Positions 19,705 to 29,040 of a DNA stretch of 56,946 nucleotides are shown here, piece after piece. Location: contig JAYVCL010000126.1 of the NCBI GenBank assembly GCA_043749975.1, positions 1-56,946 of the forward strand, read 5' to 3'. Each line of letters starts with the position of its first letter. The first letter of the stretch is position 1. The translations under genes were made by a program, and so were the position numbers. The notes beneath the pieces were generated by a model. That model saw nothing but the letters and a program-made list of their open reading frames with translations, searched no databases and was not told the origin of the DNA. The DNA comes from Burkholderiales bacterium. Its GTDB lineage: Bacteria; Pseudomonadota; Gammaproteobacteria; Burkholderiales; Burkholderiaceae_C.

Positions 19705-21099
19705 ATGTTTGAGAACCGAACCTTCAAGCGAACTTTCTACAGCGCACCGCAATCGGTGACCTCGCTGGTGGCGGCGTTTCTCGAACCCGCAATCACGGTT
19801 TTCATCTTCCTGATCGCCAACTGGTATGTCGGCGAGCCGGTCAGCCGCCCCGAGCTGATCTTGAGCCTGCTGCTGTTCGCGCTGACCTTTCCTGGGCGCA
19901 ACCGTTTCGTCGACAACCTGATTGCGGCCGGCGTCGACATCGCGTCGTCGTGGGTGATGCTGGTCGGCATCCTGGTGCTGTGCGCCTACGCCACGCGCAG
20001 CGTCGGCTACTTCGACGAACAGGCGTTGATCTTGTGGTTCATCGCGACACCCGTGCTGCAGTGGGTCGCGGTGTGGATCGGCAAGAAAGTGATTCAATGG
20101 CGCTCGGCGCGGGCCGAGGCGCGCCGGGCCTGTGTGGTGGTGGGCGCGGGTCCGCTGGGCGTGAAAGTGGCGCGCGCCCTGCTTGCCGGCGGCGACCACG
20201 GGCTGGACTTCAGCGGTTACTTCGACGACCGCACCGACGACCGCGTGCACGAGGCCACCACGCCGAAGCGGCTCGGCGGGCTCAAGGACGTGGCTCCCTA
20301 CATCGTCCAACACAGCGTGCGCGAGGTCTACATCACGCTGCCGCTGGGCTCGCAACCGCGCATCGTCGAGCTGCTGGAGCAGGTGCAGGGCACCACCGCC
20401 TCGCTGTTCTTCGTGCCCGACGTGTTCGGCATCAGCATCATCCAGGGCCGCCTGCAGGACATGAACGGCGTGCCGGTGGTGGGCATTTGCGAAACCCCGT
20501 TCACCGGCACCAACGAGCTGGTCAAACGTCTCAGCGACATCGTGCTGAGCCTGTTGATCCTGATCCTGATTTCGCCGGTGCTGCTGGTCGTGGCCATCGG
20601 TGTCAAGCTCAGCTCACCCGGCCCGGTGATCTTCAAGCAACGCCGCAACGGCCTGGACGGCGATGAGATCGTGGTCTACAAGTTCCGCTCGATGGTCGCG
20701 CTGGACAACGGGTCGGTGGTGCCGCAAGCCACCAAGCACGACGCGCGCGTGACGCCTTTCGGCGCCTTCATTCGGCGCACCTCGCTGGACGAACTGCCGC
20801 AGTTCATCAACGTGCTGCAAGGCCGCATGAGCATCGTCGGCCCACGCCCGCATGCGGTGGCCCACAACGAGCAGTTCCGCCAACTCATCAAGGCCTACAT
20901 GGTGCGCCACAAGGTCAAGCCCGGCATCACCGGCTGGGCGCAAGTCAACGGCCACCGTGGTGAAACCGACACCATCGAAAAAATGCAGGCCCGCGTCGAA
21001 TACGATCTGGAGTACCTGCGCAACTGGTCGCTCGGGCTCGATCTGCAGATCATCATCCGCACCGTGCGCCTGGTCTTCTTCGATCGCAACGCGTACTGA
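19705..21099 (+). CDS. exopolysaccharide polyprenyl glycosylphosphotransferase (WcaJ/EpsB-like priming sugar transferase)
   Basis: N-terminal TM helices are followed by a C-terminal bacterial sugar transferase domain (..PGPVIFKQRRNGLDG.., ..DELPQFINVLQGRMSIVGPRP..). ATG at 19705 is preferred over the track start at 19513. Confidence 0.88.
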   Translation: MFENRTFKRTFYSAPQSVTSLVAAFLEPAITVFIFLIANWYVGEPVSRPELILSLLLFALTFPGRNRFVDNLIAAGVDIASSWVMLVGILVLCAYATRSVGYFDEQALILWFIATPVLQWVAVWIGKKVIQWRSARAEARRACVVVGAGPLGVKVARALLAGGDHGLDFSGYFDDRTDDRVHEATTPKRLGGLKDVAPYIVQHSVREVYITLPLGSQPRIVELLEQVQGTTASLFFVPDVFGISIIQGRLQDMNGVPVVGICETPFTGTNELVKRLSDIVLSLLILILISPVLLVVAIGVKLSSPGPVIFKQRRNGLDGDEIVVYKFRSMVALDNGSVVPQATKHDARVTPFGAFIRRTSLDELPQFINVLQGRMSIVGPRPHAVAHNEQFRQLIKAYMVRHKVKPGITGWAQVNGHRGETDTIEKMQARVEYDLEYLRNWSLGLDLQIIIRTVRLVFFDRNAY

Positions 21100-21157
21100 C
21101 TCGCCGGGTGCCCGGGCAACGCCTCGGACATCACCGGCATGAACCTGGAGCCTTCGC

Positions 21158-22480
21158 ATGACACTCGCCTTCACACCCCGGACCACCCTCGGCAACTGGC
21201 CGATCCATGGGCCCGCATCGGTGCCGCTGCCGTCGCTGTCACTGTCACTGGCCGTGGTGTTTGCGCTCGCGCTTGTCAGCAGCCCGTCTGCCCTGGCTGA
21301 AACCAGTCCGTACTACATCGGGGCCAGCCAGGAGTTCAGCCGCAACTCGAATCTGTTTCGGGTCAGCGATTCGCAAGCCAGCCGCAGCGACACGATCTCG
21401 AGCACCGCCCTGCTGGCCGGCATCGATCAGCCTTTTGGCCGCCAACGGCTGCGCGTCGACGGCACGCTGCAAACCAGCCGCTTCTCCAACAACCCCGATC
21501 TCAACAACACGGGCTACGGTTTGAACGCTGCGCTCGACTGGGCCACGATCAACCGGCTTTCGGGCACAGTGAGCTACTTCGCGAATCAAAACCTGGCCAA
21601 CTACGGCACACCCAACACGCTTCAGATCACCGGTCGCAACATTCAGAAAACACAGCAGTTCCTGACCCAGGCCGTGCTCGGCGGCGTCACGATTTTGTCG
21701 TTCACTGGCGGCTACTCGCACCGCACGGTCGACTACTCGGCACCCGCCTACGACGCGCAGCAGTTCGAACAAGACTCCGGCAACCTGGGGCTTCGCTACC
21801 GCTTCAGCGGCGCGCTCGACGTGGGCGGTTCGCTGCGCCTGACGCGCGGCCGCTATCCGCATTTTCAGGTTGGCACGGGCGGCGGTTTCGAGGCCGACAC
21901 ACTCGACCGACGTGACTTCGACCTGACCTCCAACTGGACGCCCACCGGCGCAACGTCACTGTCCGCTCGCGTCAGCTTCGGGCGTGAAACACACAGCGTG
22001 TCCACCCAGCGCGACTTCAGCGGCGTCACCGGTTCGCTGTCGATCGATCACAACCCGGGCGGCAAATTGCGCTTCGCAGCGCTCGTTTCGCGCGACACCG
22101 GTGTCGAGAACAGTTTCCTCACCCTGTTCGACACCAACGGCGCGCCGACCCGCGTCGTGGCCGACAACAGCCGCCTGTCCACCGCCGCCCAACTCTCGGC
22201 CAACTACGAAGCCACGGCGAAAATCCAACTCAACGCCACGGTGCGCGTCAGTCAGCGCTCGCTGGTGGACACGCTCACGCTCAGCAACGGCGGGGCAGCC
22301 ACCGGCAACACTGGTTCCGACACCGTCAGCAGCGTTGCCCTCGGCGCCAGCTACGCGCCGCTGCGCAACCTGTCTCTGGCTTGCAATGCCGCGCGCGAAG
22401 ATCGCCGCACCAGCTCGGCGCTTTCCAGCACCTACGGCGTCAACAGCGTCGGCTGCCTGGCCAAGTACCTGCTGCGATGA
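21158..22480 (+). CDS. putative outer-membrane beta-barrel protein of the EPS locus (EpsL-like)
   Basis: A signal-like segment (..VFALALVSSPSALA-ETS..) is followed by an alternating amphipathic, Ser/Thr/Asn/Gly-rich sequence. The gene sits next to the priming transferase. Confidence 0.5.
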   Translation: MTLAFTPRTTLGNWPIHGPASVPLPSLSLSLAVVFALALVSSPSALAETSPYYIGASQEFSRNSNLFRVSDSQASRSDTISSTALLAGIDQPFGRQRLRVDGTLQTSRFSNNPDLNNTGYGLNAALDWATINRLSGTVSYFANQNLANYGTPNTLQITGRNIQKTQQFLTQAVLGGVTILSFTGGYSHRTVDYSAPAYDAQQFEQDSGNLGLRYRFSGALDVGGSLRLTRGRYPHFQVGTGGGFEADTLDRRDFDLTSNWTPTGATSLSARVSFGRETHSVSTQRDFSGVTGSLSIDHNPGGKLRFAALVSRDTGVENSFLTLFDTNGAPTRVVADNSRLSTAAQLSANYEATAKIQLNATVRVSQRSLVDTLTLSNGGAATGNTGSDTVSSVALGASYAPLRNLSLACNAAREDRRTSSALSSTYGVNSVGCLAKYLLR

Positions 22481-23505
22481 CACGGCGCACGGTCCTGCTG
22501 ACCGGTGCGGCCGGCTACATCGCCTCGCACACCTGGCTCGCGCTGCAGGCCGCCGGATTCAAGGTGGTGGGTGTCGACAACTTCTCGAACAGTTCTCCCG
22601 AGGTCTTGAACCGGCTCAAGACACTGAGCGGCGAGGTGCCGGTGTTCGAGCAATTCGATGTCTGCGACCCGGCATCGATGAAGGCCGTTTTCTCGCAGCA
22701 CGGAATCGACGCGGTGGTGCACTTCGCGGCCTTCAAGGCAGTGGCTGAAAGCGTGCAAAAGCCGCTCGCCTACTACCGCAACAACCTGGGCGGATTGCTC
22801 ACGTTGTGCGAAGCCATGCAACATCACGCCTGCAAAACGCTGGTGTTCAGTTCCAGCGCCACCGTCTACGGCACGCCGCAGCATCTGCCCCTGCGCGAAG
22901 ACGCGCCCGTGTCCAGCACCAACCCCTACGGCACGACCAAACTGATGGGCGAAAACATTCTGCGCGACCTGCAGCTTGCCGACCCGCGCTGGGCGATCGC
23001 CAACCTGCGCTACTTCAACCCGGCGGGCGCGCACGAAAGCGGCCTGATCTGCGAAGACCCGCGCGGCGTGCCGAACAACCTGATGCCCTATGTGGCCCAG
23101 GTGGCGGTGGGCAAACGTGCCAGCTTGCGGGTCTTCGGCGGCGACTACGACACCGTCGACGGCACCGGCGTGCGCGACTACATCCACGTGCTCGACCTGG
23201 CCGACGGGCATGTGGCCGCATTGAACCGCCTGTTCGACACACCGGCCGGTTTGTTCACCGTCAACCTGGGCACCGGGCGCGGCCACAGCGTGCTCGAAGT
23301 GGCCCGCGCTTTCGAGCAGGCCAGCGGGCGCCGTGTGCCGATCGAGATCGTGGCACGCCGCCCCGGCGATGTGGCCAGTTGCTACGCCGACCCGAGCCTC
23401 GCCCACGCGCTGCTCGGCTGGTCGGCGAAGCGCAACCTGGACGCGATGTGCGCCGACAGTTGGCGCTGGCAGAGCCTGAATCCCGAGGGGTTCGGCGGCA
23501 CCTGA
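22477..23505 (+). CDS. galE: UDP-glucose 4-epimerase
   Basis: The protein has ..VLLTGAAGYIASH.. (Rossmann fold) and ..YGTTKLM.. (YxxxK). ATG at 22477 overlaps the upstream stop (ATGA). Confidence 0.88.
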   Translation: MTRRTVLLTGAAGYIASHTWLALQAAGFKVVGVDNFSNSSPEVLNRLKTLSGEVPVFEQFDVCDPASMKAVFSQHGIDAVVHFAAFKAVAESVQKPLAYYRNNLGGLLTLCEAMQHHACKTLVFSSSATVYGTPQHLPLREDAPVSSTNPYGTTKLMGENILRDLQLADPRWAIANLRYFNPAGAHESGLICEDPRGVPNNLMPYVAQVAVGKRASLRVFGGDYDTVDGTGVRDYIHVLDLADGHVAALNRLFDTPAGLFTVNLGTGRGHSVLEVARAFEQASGRRVPIEIVARRPGDVASCYADPSLAHALLGWSAKRNLDAMCADSWRWQSLNPEGFGGT

Positions 23506-23547
23506 GGCAGGCCGTCTCGCGCTGTGCCGCTGCGCCGCTACGCCGCT

Positions 23548-24150
23548 TTAAGCGCCGTCGCCTGCGTCCGAGGCATCGACGGGTCGGTTGCCCTTCATCG
23601 ACACGATGGTGAAGCCGGGCACCAGCGCGGCGACGGCGTTGTCGGGCAGGTCTTTGTGAACGACGGCGTTGGCACCGATCTTCACGTTGTGCCCGATGCG
23701 GATCGCGCCGAAGACCTTGGCACCCGGCGCGAGGTAAACGTCGTCCCCGATCACCGGGGCCCCGGCCCGCTCACCGACCCCGGCGGCCCCGATGGTGACG
23801 CCCTGCGACAGGCTGCAATTGCGACCGATCTGCGCAAGGCCGGAGACGACGATGCCGCCGAAATGGCCGATGTACAAGCCGGGGCCGATCCTGGTTTGAC
23901 GCGGGATCTCGATGCCCCAGAGAATCTTGACCGAACCGTTCAGCACGACGTAGACCACGCCCAGCGGCCAACGAAGCGGCGCGGGCAGGCGCTGCGCCCA
24001 CTGCCCGAACCGAAGCACCGTCACCGCGTGCACGCCTGGCGAGCGCAAGCAATCGAAAAACCGCCTGAGCCGCGACCCACCGAGCTTGGCGGCGGCCCGC
24101 TTCAGGTCGGCGCGCAGCGCCGTCAACGGCGTGCAGTAGTCGTCACCCAA
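23548..24150 (-). CDS. hexapeptide-repeat O-acetyltransferase (serine acetyltransferase-like)
   Basis: Left-handed beta-helix repeats are present (..IGPGLYIGHFGGIVV.., ..IGDDVYLAPGAKVFGAIRIGHNVKIGANAVV..). Confidence 0.8.
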   Translation of the reverse strand: MGDDYCTPLTALRADLKRAAAKLGGSRLRRFFDCLRSPGVHAVTVLRFGQWAQRLPAPLRWPLGVVYVVLNGSVKILWGIEIPRQTRIGPGLYIGHFGGIVVSGLAQIGRNCSLSQGVTIGAAGVGERAGAPVIGDDVYLAPGAKVFGAIRIGHNVKIGANAVVHKDLPDNAVAALVPGFTIVSMKGNRPVDASDAGDGA

Positions 24151-24156
24151 ACCGGC

Positions 24157-25437
24157 TCACAAGCGCCAGCCGCGCAAGCCGAGCGCGGTGATGTCGGCGG
24201 GCTCGTAGGTCGACTTGACGTCGGCAATCACACCGCCAGCGACCACCTTCACAGCGATCTTCGCCAACCCCATGTCCGCGTATTCGCGATGCGCGACCGC
24301 CGCGATCATGGCTTGCGCGACGGGCAGGTCTTCCCAGCGGGTCAACGGCAATCCGTACTCGTGCTCGCATTCGGCCGAGTTCGCCAGCGGATCGTGCACA
24401 TGGACATTGACGCCGTAGGTGCGCAACTCGTTGATGATGTCGATGACCTTGCTGTTGCGCAGGTCGGGGCAGTTTTCCTTGAACGTCATGCCGAGCACCA
24501 CCACGTCGGCGCCCTTCACCGGTCGACCGCAAGCCACCATCTGCTTGATGGTTTGCTCGGCCACGTACTTGCCCATGCCGTCATTGATGCGACGGCCCGC
24601 CAGAATCACCTGCGGGTGGTAGCCCAGCATGTCGGCCTTGTGGGTCAGGTAGTACGGGTCGACGCCGATGCAGTGGCCGCCCACCAGGCCCGGGCGAAAC
24701 GGCAGGAAGTTCCACTTGGTGCCGGCGGCCTTGAGCACTTCGAGCGTGTCGATGCCGATGCGGTGGAAGATCATCGACAGCTCGTTCATCAACGCGATGT
24801 TCAGGTCGCGCTGGGTGTTCTCGATCACCTTGGCGGCCTCGGCCACCTTGATGCAACTGGCCGGGTACACGCCGGCCGTGATGACCGAGCCGTAGATCCG
24901 CGTGACTTCGGCCAGCGTCTCGGGCGTGTCGCCCGACACTACCTTGACGATCTTGGTGACGGTGCGCTCCTTGTCGCCGGGGTTGATGCGCTCGGGGCTG
25001 TAGCCGACGAAGAAATCCTGCTTCCATTTCAGGCCCGACATGCGCTCCAGAATGGGCACGCAAATCTCTTCGGTGGCACCCGGGTACACCGTCGACTCGT
25101 ACACCACGATGGCACCGCGCTTGAGGTGCCGCCCGATGCTCTCGGAGCTTTTTACCAATGGCGTGAAGTCGGGCTGGTGCGCTTGGTCCACCGGCGTGGG
25201 CACGGCCACCACGATGAAGTCGGCCTCGGCCAGCGACGCCGGATCGGTGCTGCAGGTGAGCTGCTTCGCGGCCTTCAGGTCGTCGGTCGAGACCTCGCCG
25301 GTCGGGTCGACATGACGGCCATAAGAGGCCACCTTTTCCACCGACAGGTCGAAGCCGATGGTCTTGTATTTCTTGCCGAACTCGACCGCCAGCGGCAGTC
25401 CCACGTAACCCAAACCGACCACAGCAATCGTCGTCAT
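24157..25437 (-). CDS. UDP-N-acetyl-D-glucosamine/galactosamine 6-dehydrogenase (TviB/WbpO-like nucleotide-sugar dehydrogenase)
   Basis: The protein has ..IAVVGLGYVGLPLAVEFG.. and ..GGHCIGVDPYYL... ATG at 25437 has an AGGA about 8 nt upstream; the track start at 25452 is a TTG. Confidence 0.8.
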   Translation of the reverse strand: MTTIAVVGLGYVGLPLAVEFGKKYKTIGFDLSVEKVASYGRHVDPTGEVSTDDLKAAKQLTCSTDPASLAEADFIVVAVPTPVDQAHQPDFTPLVKSSESIGRHLKRGAIVVYESTVYPGATEEICVPILERMSGLKWKQDFFVGYSPERINPGDKERTVTKIVKVVSGDTPETLAEVTRIYGSVITAGVYPASCIKVAEAAKVIENTQRDLNIALMNELSMIFHRIGIDTLEVLKAAGTKWNFLPFRPGLVGGHCIGVDPYYLTHKADMLGYHPQVILAGRRINDGMGKYVAEQTIKQMVACGRPVKGADVVVLGMTFKENCPDLRNSKVIDIINELRTYGVNVHVHDPLANSAECEHEYGLPLTRWEDLPVAQAMIAAVAHREYADMGLAKIAVKVVAGGVIADVKSTYEPADITALGLRGWRL

Positions 25438-25481
25438 CACATCATTCCTCAATTGAAATTCTTGAAATCACAGCGCGGTGC

Positions 25482-26228
25482 TCAACGCCGCAGCCACTCA
25501 CGCGCCAGCATGCCGAAAAACGCCATGTCGTCGATGAAATAGCGGCGGAACATGCGCCTGGGCTCTTGCAAAAACCGATAGAACCACTCGAAGCCGGTGC
25601 GCTGCATCCACACCGGCGCGCGCTTGACCTTGCCCGCCGCCACATCGAAGCTGCCGCCCACGCCCATCGCAAACGGCACTTTCATCTGCGCCTGGTAGCG
25701 GCCCAGGAATTGTTCTTTCTTGGGCGAGCTGATGGCGACGAAAAGTATGTCGGCACGGGCCTGCTGGATTTGCGCCACCACACCCGCTTCTTCCTCGGGC
25801 TTCCAGTAGCCGCTGCGGTGGCCGGCGATCGTCAACCCCGGGTATTTGGCCATGTACTGCATCTTCACCTGGGCCACGATTTCTTCACGTGCGCCCAGCA
25901 AAAACACACGCCAGCCTTTGGCTGCCGAGCGCTGCATCAAAGACTCGAACAAGTCCACGCCTGCGACCCGCTCCTTCAGCGGCGTGCCCAGCAGGCGCGA
26001 AGCCCACACCACCGGCATGCCGTCGGCATTGATGAGCGCGCAGCCATTGATGATGCGGCGCAGGTCGGCGTCGCCGCGTGCCTTCACCAGCTTGTCGACG
26101 TTGACCACCACGTGCTGGTGCGGCAGGCCCGAGTCAATGAAGCCTTCGACCTTGCCCAGCGTTTCTTCCAGCGTCAGGTTGTCGACCAGGCAACCCATCA
26201 GCTCGATGCGCCCCGCGGCTGCCGTCAT
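25482..26228 (-). CDS. WecG/TagA/CpsF family glycosyltransferase (GT26, N-acetylmannosaminyl-type transferase)
   Basis: The protein has ..LINADGMPVVWASRLLG.. and ..FAMGVGGSFDVAAG... ATG at 26228 overlaps the wecB stop (ATGA). The rest of track ORF 25482..27416 overlaps wecB in another frame. Confidence 0.8.
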   Translation of the reverse strand: MTAAAGRIELMGCLVDNLTLEETLGKVEGFIDSGLPHQHVVVNVDKLVKARGDADLRRIINGCALINADGMPVVWASRLLGTPLKERVAGVDLFESLMQRSAAKGWRVFLLGAREEIVAQVKMQYMAKYPGLTIAGHRSGYWKPEEEAGVVAQIQQARADILFVAISSPKKEQFLGRYQAQMKVPFAMGVGGSFDVAAGKVKRAPVWMQRTGFEWFYRFLQEPRRMFRRYFIDDMAFFGMLAREWLRR

Positions 26229-27328
26229 GTCAACTCGCGCGCCAGGATGTCGACGATGCGCTGCGCCGCGTGGCCGTCCCACAGCGCGGGGCGTCGGCCG
26301 CGCTTGCTGCGTCCGGCCATCGCTTCGCGGGCCAACGCAATCACGCGTTCGGGGTCGGTGCCGGCCAGCACGTTGGTGCCTTCGTCGACCGTCACCGGTC
26401 GCTCGGTGTTTTCGCGAATGGTCACGCAGGGCACGCCCAGCGCCGTGGTTTCTTCCTGCATGCCGCCGCTGTCGGTCAGCACCACGACCGCGTCTTTCCA
26501 GAGGTTCAGAAACGACATGTAGGCCTGCGGCCCCATCAGCTCGATGTTCGGCCCCAGGTCGATGCCGAAACGCTCGATGTTGCCGCGCGTGCGCGGGTGC
26601 ACCGGGAACGCCAGCGGCAGGTAGCTGGCGATGACGGTCAGCGCGCTGGCCACCCGCTGCAAGGCCGCAGCGTCGTCCACATTCGATGGGCGGTGCAAGG
26701 TCACCACGCCGTAGCGCGCATGGCGACGCTTGAAGTCGGCGGTCTCGAAACCTCGGGTGTCCATGGCGCTCAACTTTTCGGCCTGGAACAGCACGTTGTC
26801 GACCATCACGTGGCCGACGTCGAAGACCTTGTCCATCGGCTTGCCTTCGCGCCGAAGGTGCGCCAGACCGCTGGGCTCGGTGACGAAGAACCAGTCCGAG
26901 ATCGCATCGGTGACGAGGCGGTTGATCTCTTCGGGCATGCTCATGTCGCCGCTGCGCAAACCGGCTTCCACATGGGCCACCGGGATGCTGAATTTCTTGG
27001 CCACGATCGAGCAGGCCAGAGTCGAATTCACATCGCCCACCACCAACACGGCATCGGGCCGCTGCTCTTTGCAAAGGGCCTCGAAGGCCACCATGATCTT
27101 GCCGGTTTGCTCGGCGTGCGAGCCGCCGCCAGCGCCCAGCCGAACGTCGGGCGGCGGGATGCCCAACTCGTCGAAGAACACCTCGTTCATGTCGCGGTCG
27201 TAGTGCTGGCCGGTGTGCACGATCTTCCAGTCGAGCCGGCCATCGGCGCGCAAGGCGCGCACGATCGGTGCGATCTTCATGAAGTTGGGCCGCGCCCCGG
27301 CGACGAGGTAGATGCAGGGTTTGCGCAT
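26225..27328 (-). CDS. wecB: UDP-N-acetylglucosamine 2-epimerase (non-hydrolysing)
   Basis: The protein has ..GARPNFMKIAPI.., ..VVGDVNSTLA.. and ..VLTDSGGMQEE... Confidence 0.9.
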   Translation of the reverse strand: MRKPCIYLVAGARPNFMKIAPIVRALRADGRLDWKIVHTGQHYDRDMNEVFFDELGIPPPDVRLGAGGGSHAEQTGKIMVAFEALCKEQRPDAVLVVGDVNSTLACSIVAKKFSIPVAHVEAGLRSGDMSMPEEINRLVTDAISDWFFVTEPSGLAHLRREGKPMDKVFDVGHVMVDNVLFQAEKLSAMDTRGFETADFKRRHARYGVVTLHRPSNVDDAAALQRVASALTVIASYLPLAFPVHPRTRGNIERFGIDLGPNIELMGPQAYMSFLNLWKDAVVVLTDSGGMQEETTALGVPCVTIRENTERPVTVDEGTNVLAGTDPERVIALAREAMAGRSKRGRRPALWDGHAAQRIVDILARELT

Positions 27329-27331
27329 GGA

Positions 27332-28339
27332 TCAGACGCGGTAGTAGTTGCGGTACCAGTCGACAAAGCGGCCCACGCCGTCGCGTATCGGCATGCCCGG
27401 CTTGAAGCCGGTCCACGCGGTCAGCTCGCTCACGTCGGCATAGGTGGCGGGCACGTCACCGGGCTGCAGTGGCAACATGTTCTTGACGGCGGTTTTCCCC
27501 AATGCCTGCTCGATGGCATCGATGAAGGCCATCAGCTCGATCGGCCCCTGGTTGCCGATGTTGAACACCTTGAACGGCACATTCGACGTGGCCGGGTCGG
27601 GCAAGGCCGGGTTGTAGTTTGCAGCGGGCTCGGCGGCGCGGTCGAGCACCCGCATCACCCCTTCGACGATGTCGTCCACATAGGTGAAATCACGCTGCAT
27701 GCGGCCATGGTTGAACACGTCGATCGGCCGCCCTTCGAGGATCGCCTTGGTGAACAAAAACAGCGCCATGTCGGGCCGGCCCCAGGGCCCGTACACCGTG
27801 AAGAAGCGCAAGCCGGTGGTGGGCAGTCCGTACAGGTGGCTGTAGGTGTGCGCCATCAACTCGTTGGCCTTCTTGGTGGCCGCGTACAAGCTCACCGGGT
27901 GATCCACCCCCTGGTGTTCGGAGAACGGCATGTTCGTGTTGCCACCGTACACACTGGAGCTGCTGGCGTACACCAGGTGCTTGACTGCACTGTGCCGGCA
28001 GCCTTCGAGCACGTTCATGAAACCCACCACATTGGCTTCGATGTAGGCGTGCGGGTTGATCAAGGAATAGCGCACGCCTGCTTGCGCGGCCAGGTTGACC
28101 ACCGCGTCGAAGCCACCTTGCTCGAACAGCGCCTGCATACCTGCGCGGTCGGCGATGTCGAGCTTCTCGAACGTGAATCCAGGCTGACTTGTCAGCCGCG
28201 CCAGACGGTCTCGCTTGATCTGGGGGTCGTAGTAGTCGTTGAGGTTGTCGACCCCGGTCACCACGTCTGCACGCGCCAGCAGACGCGTGCACAAATGCAT
28301 GCCGATGAAACCGGCTGCTCCCGTTACGAGCACTTTCAA
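27332..28339 (-). CDS. UDP-glucuronate 4-epimerase (SDR family)
   Basis: A TTG start at 28339 (AGGGAG 9 nt upstream) gives [13 protein letters not shown]... The blocks ..YAATKKANE.. and ..[15 protein letters not shown].. are typical of GlcA 4-epimerases. The track ORF extension to 28687 is non-coding. Confidence 0.8.
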   Translation of the reverse strand: MKVLVTGAAGFIGMHLCTRLLARADVVTGVDNLNDYYDPQIKRDRLARLTSQPGFTFEKLDIADRAGMQALFEQGGFDAVVNLAAQAGVRYSLINPHAYIEANVVGFMNVLEGCRHSAVKHLVYASSSSVYGGNTNMPFSEHQGVDHPVSLYAATKKANELMAHTYSHLYGLPTTGLRFFTVYGPWGRPDMALFLFTKAILEGRPIDVFNHGRMQRDFTYVDDIVEGVMRVLDRAAEPAANYNPALPDPATSNVPFKVFNIGNQGPIELMAFIDAIEQALGKTAVKNMLPLQPGDVPATYADVSELTAWTGFKPGMPIRDGVGRFVDWYRNYYRV

Positions 28340-28668
28340 AGCGTGGACTCCCTGTGTTTTTTCAGACCCGTATTGTGCCCAAGCGCTTTTGCACCGCAGA
28401 CGGCGCTTGATCGGCAAAAGGACACACATCTTTACCGCGCCGACGCCTTGGCTCGTGAACATTCGCCGTCGCGTGAGTAACGCATGAGGCGCGTGCCCCT
28501 CTGACGCACCTCGCCATTGCCGCATAGGTGTAACCCGCAGGCCCGGTTTTCGTCGCATGCGAACACGTGAATCAACGGCATTCGTCAGGCGTGTAAGCAA
28601 TCTCGTGAGCGCGCCTCGAAAATAGCCTGAGCCGCGTTCGTTTCGGTTCAGCGCCGCGCTCTGGCGCT

Positions 28669-28684
28669 TGGTACGCATCCTGCA
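28669..28684 (+). promoter_or_regulatory. candidate sigma-54 (-24/-12) promoter facing the lyase gene
   Basis: TGGTACGcatcCTGCa has GG and GC separated by 10 nt and 2 mismatches to the consensus. It lies about 360 nt upstream of the ATG at 29041. Confidence 0.25.
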
Positions 28685-29040
28685 CATCGAAGCGGCGCGC
28701 GCTGGCGGTTACACGCCATCCTGCCCAGCGGTAACAGTTTTCAAACTGCATCCAAACCCGAAAGGTCTGCGTCCGAGACGCAAATAGTTACACCCACACC
28801 ACTGACCTTACAAGTGCGCGCTTCATCACCTGAGCCACGCGCCGAAATAATCTGTACGGAGCCGTGTTCAAGCGCTCAGACGCCACGTCTGACAACACGC
28901 GCCCGCAAGGTCACCGAACACCACGCGCCGCGTCACGCCGACCCTGTCGGCCCCGCTCGCTGACCGCAATGTCTTCGTCCGCGTGCCGCACGCCCTCTTC
29001 TCTCGAGGAGTCGCGCGGGACATTCGCTGTCTTGAATTTC

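Noticed and set aside
26229-27416. The N-terminal 396 codons of track ORF 25482..27416 (644 aa).
   Set aside because: This part overlaps wecB (26225..27328) in another frame and is Arg/Gly/Ala-rich. The GT26 homology starts at the ATG at 26228, which forms an ATGA junction with the wecB stop.
28340-28687. The 5' extension of the epimerase ORF (track 27332..28687).
   Set aside because: The Rossmann motif [13 protein letters not shown] begins at the TTG at 28339, which has an AGGGAG Shine-Dalgarno. The upstream codons have lower GC and no protein-like pattern.
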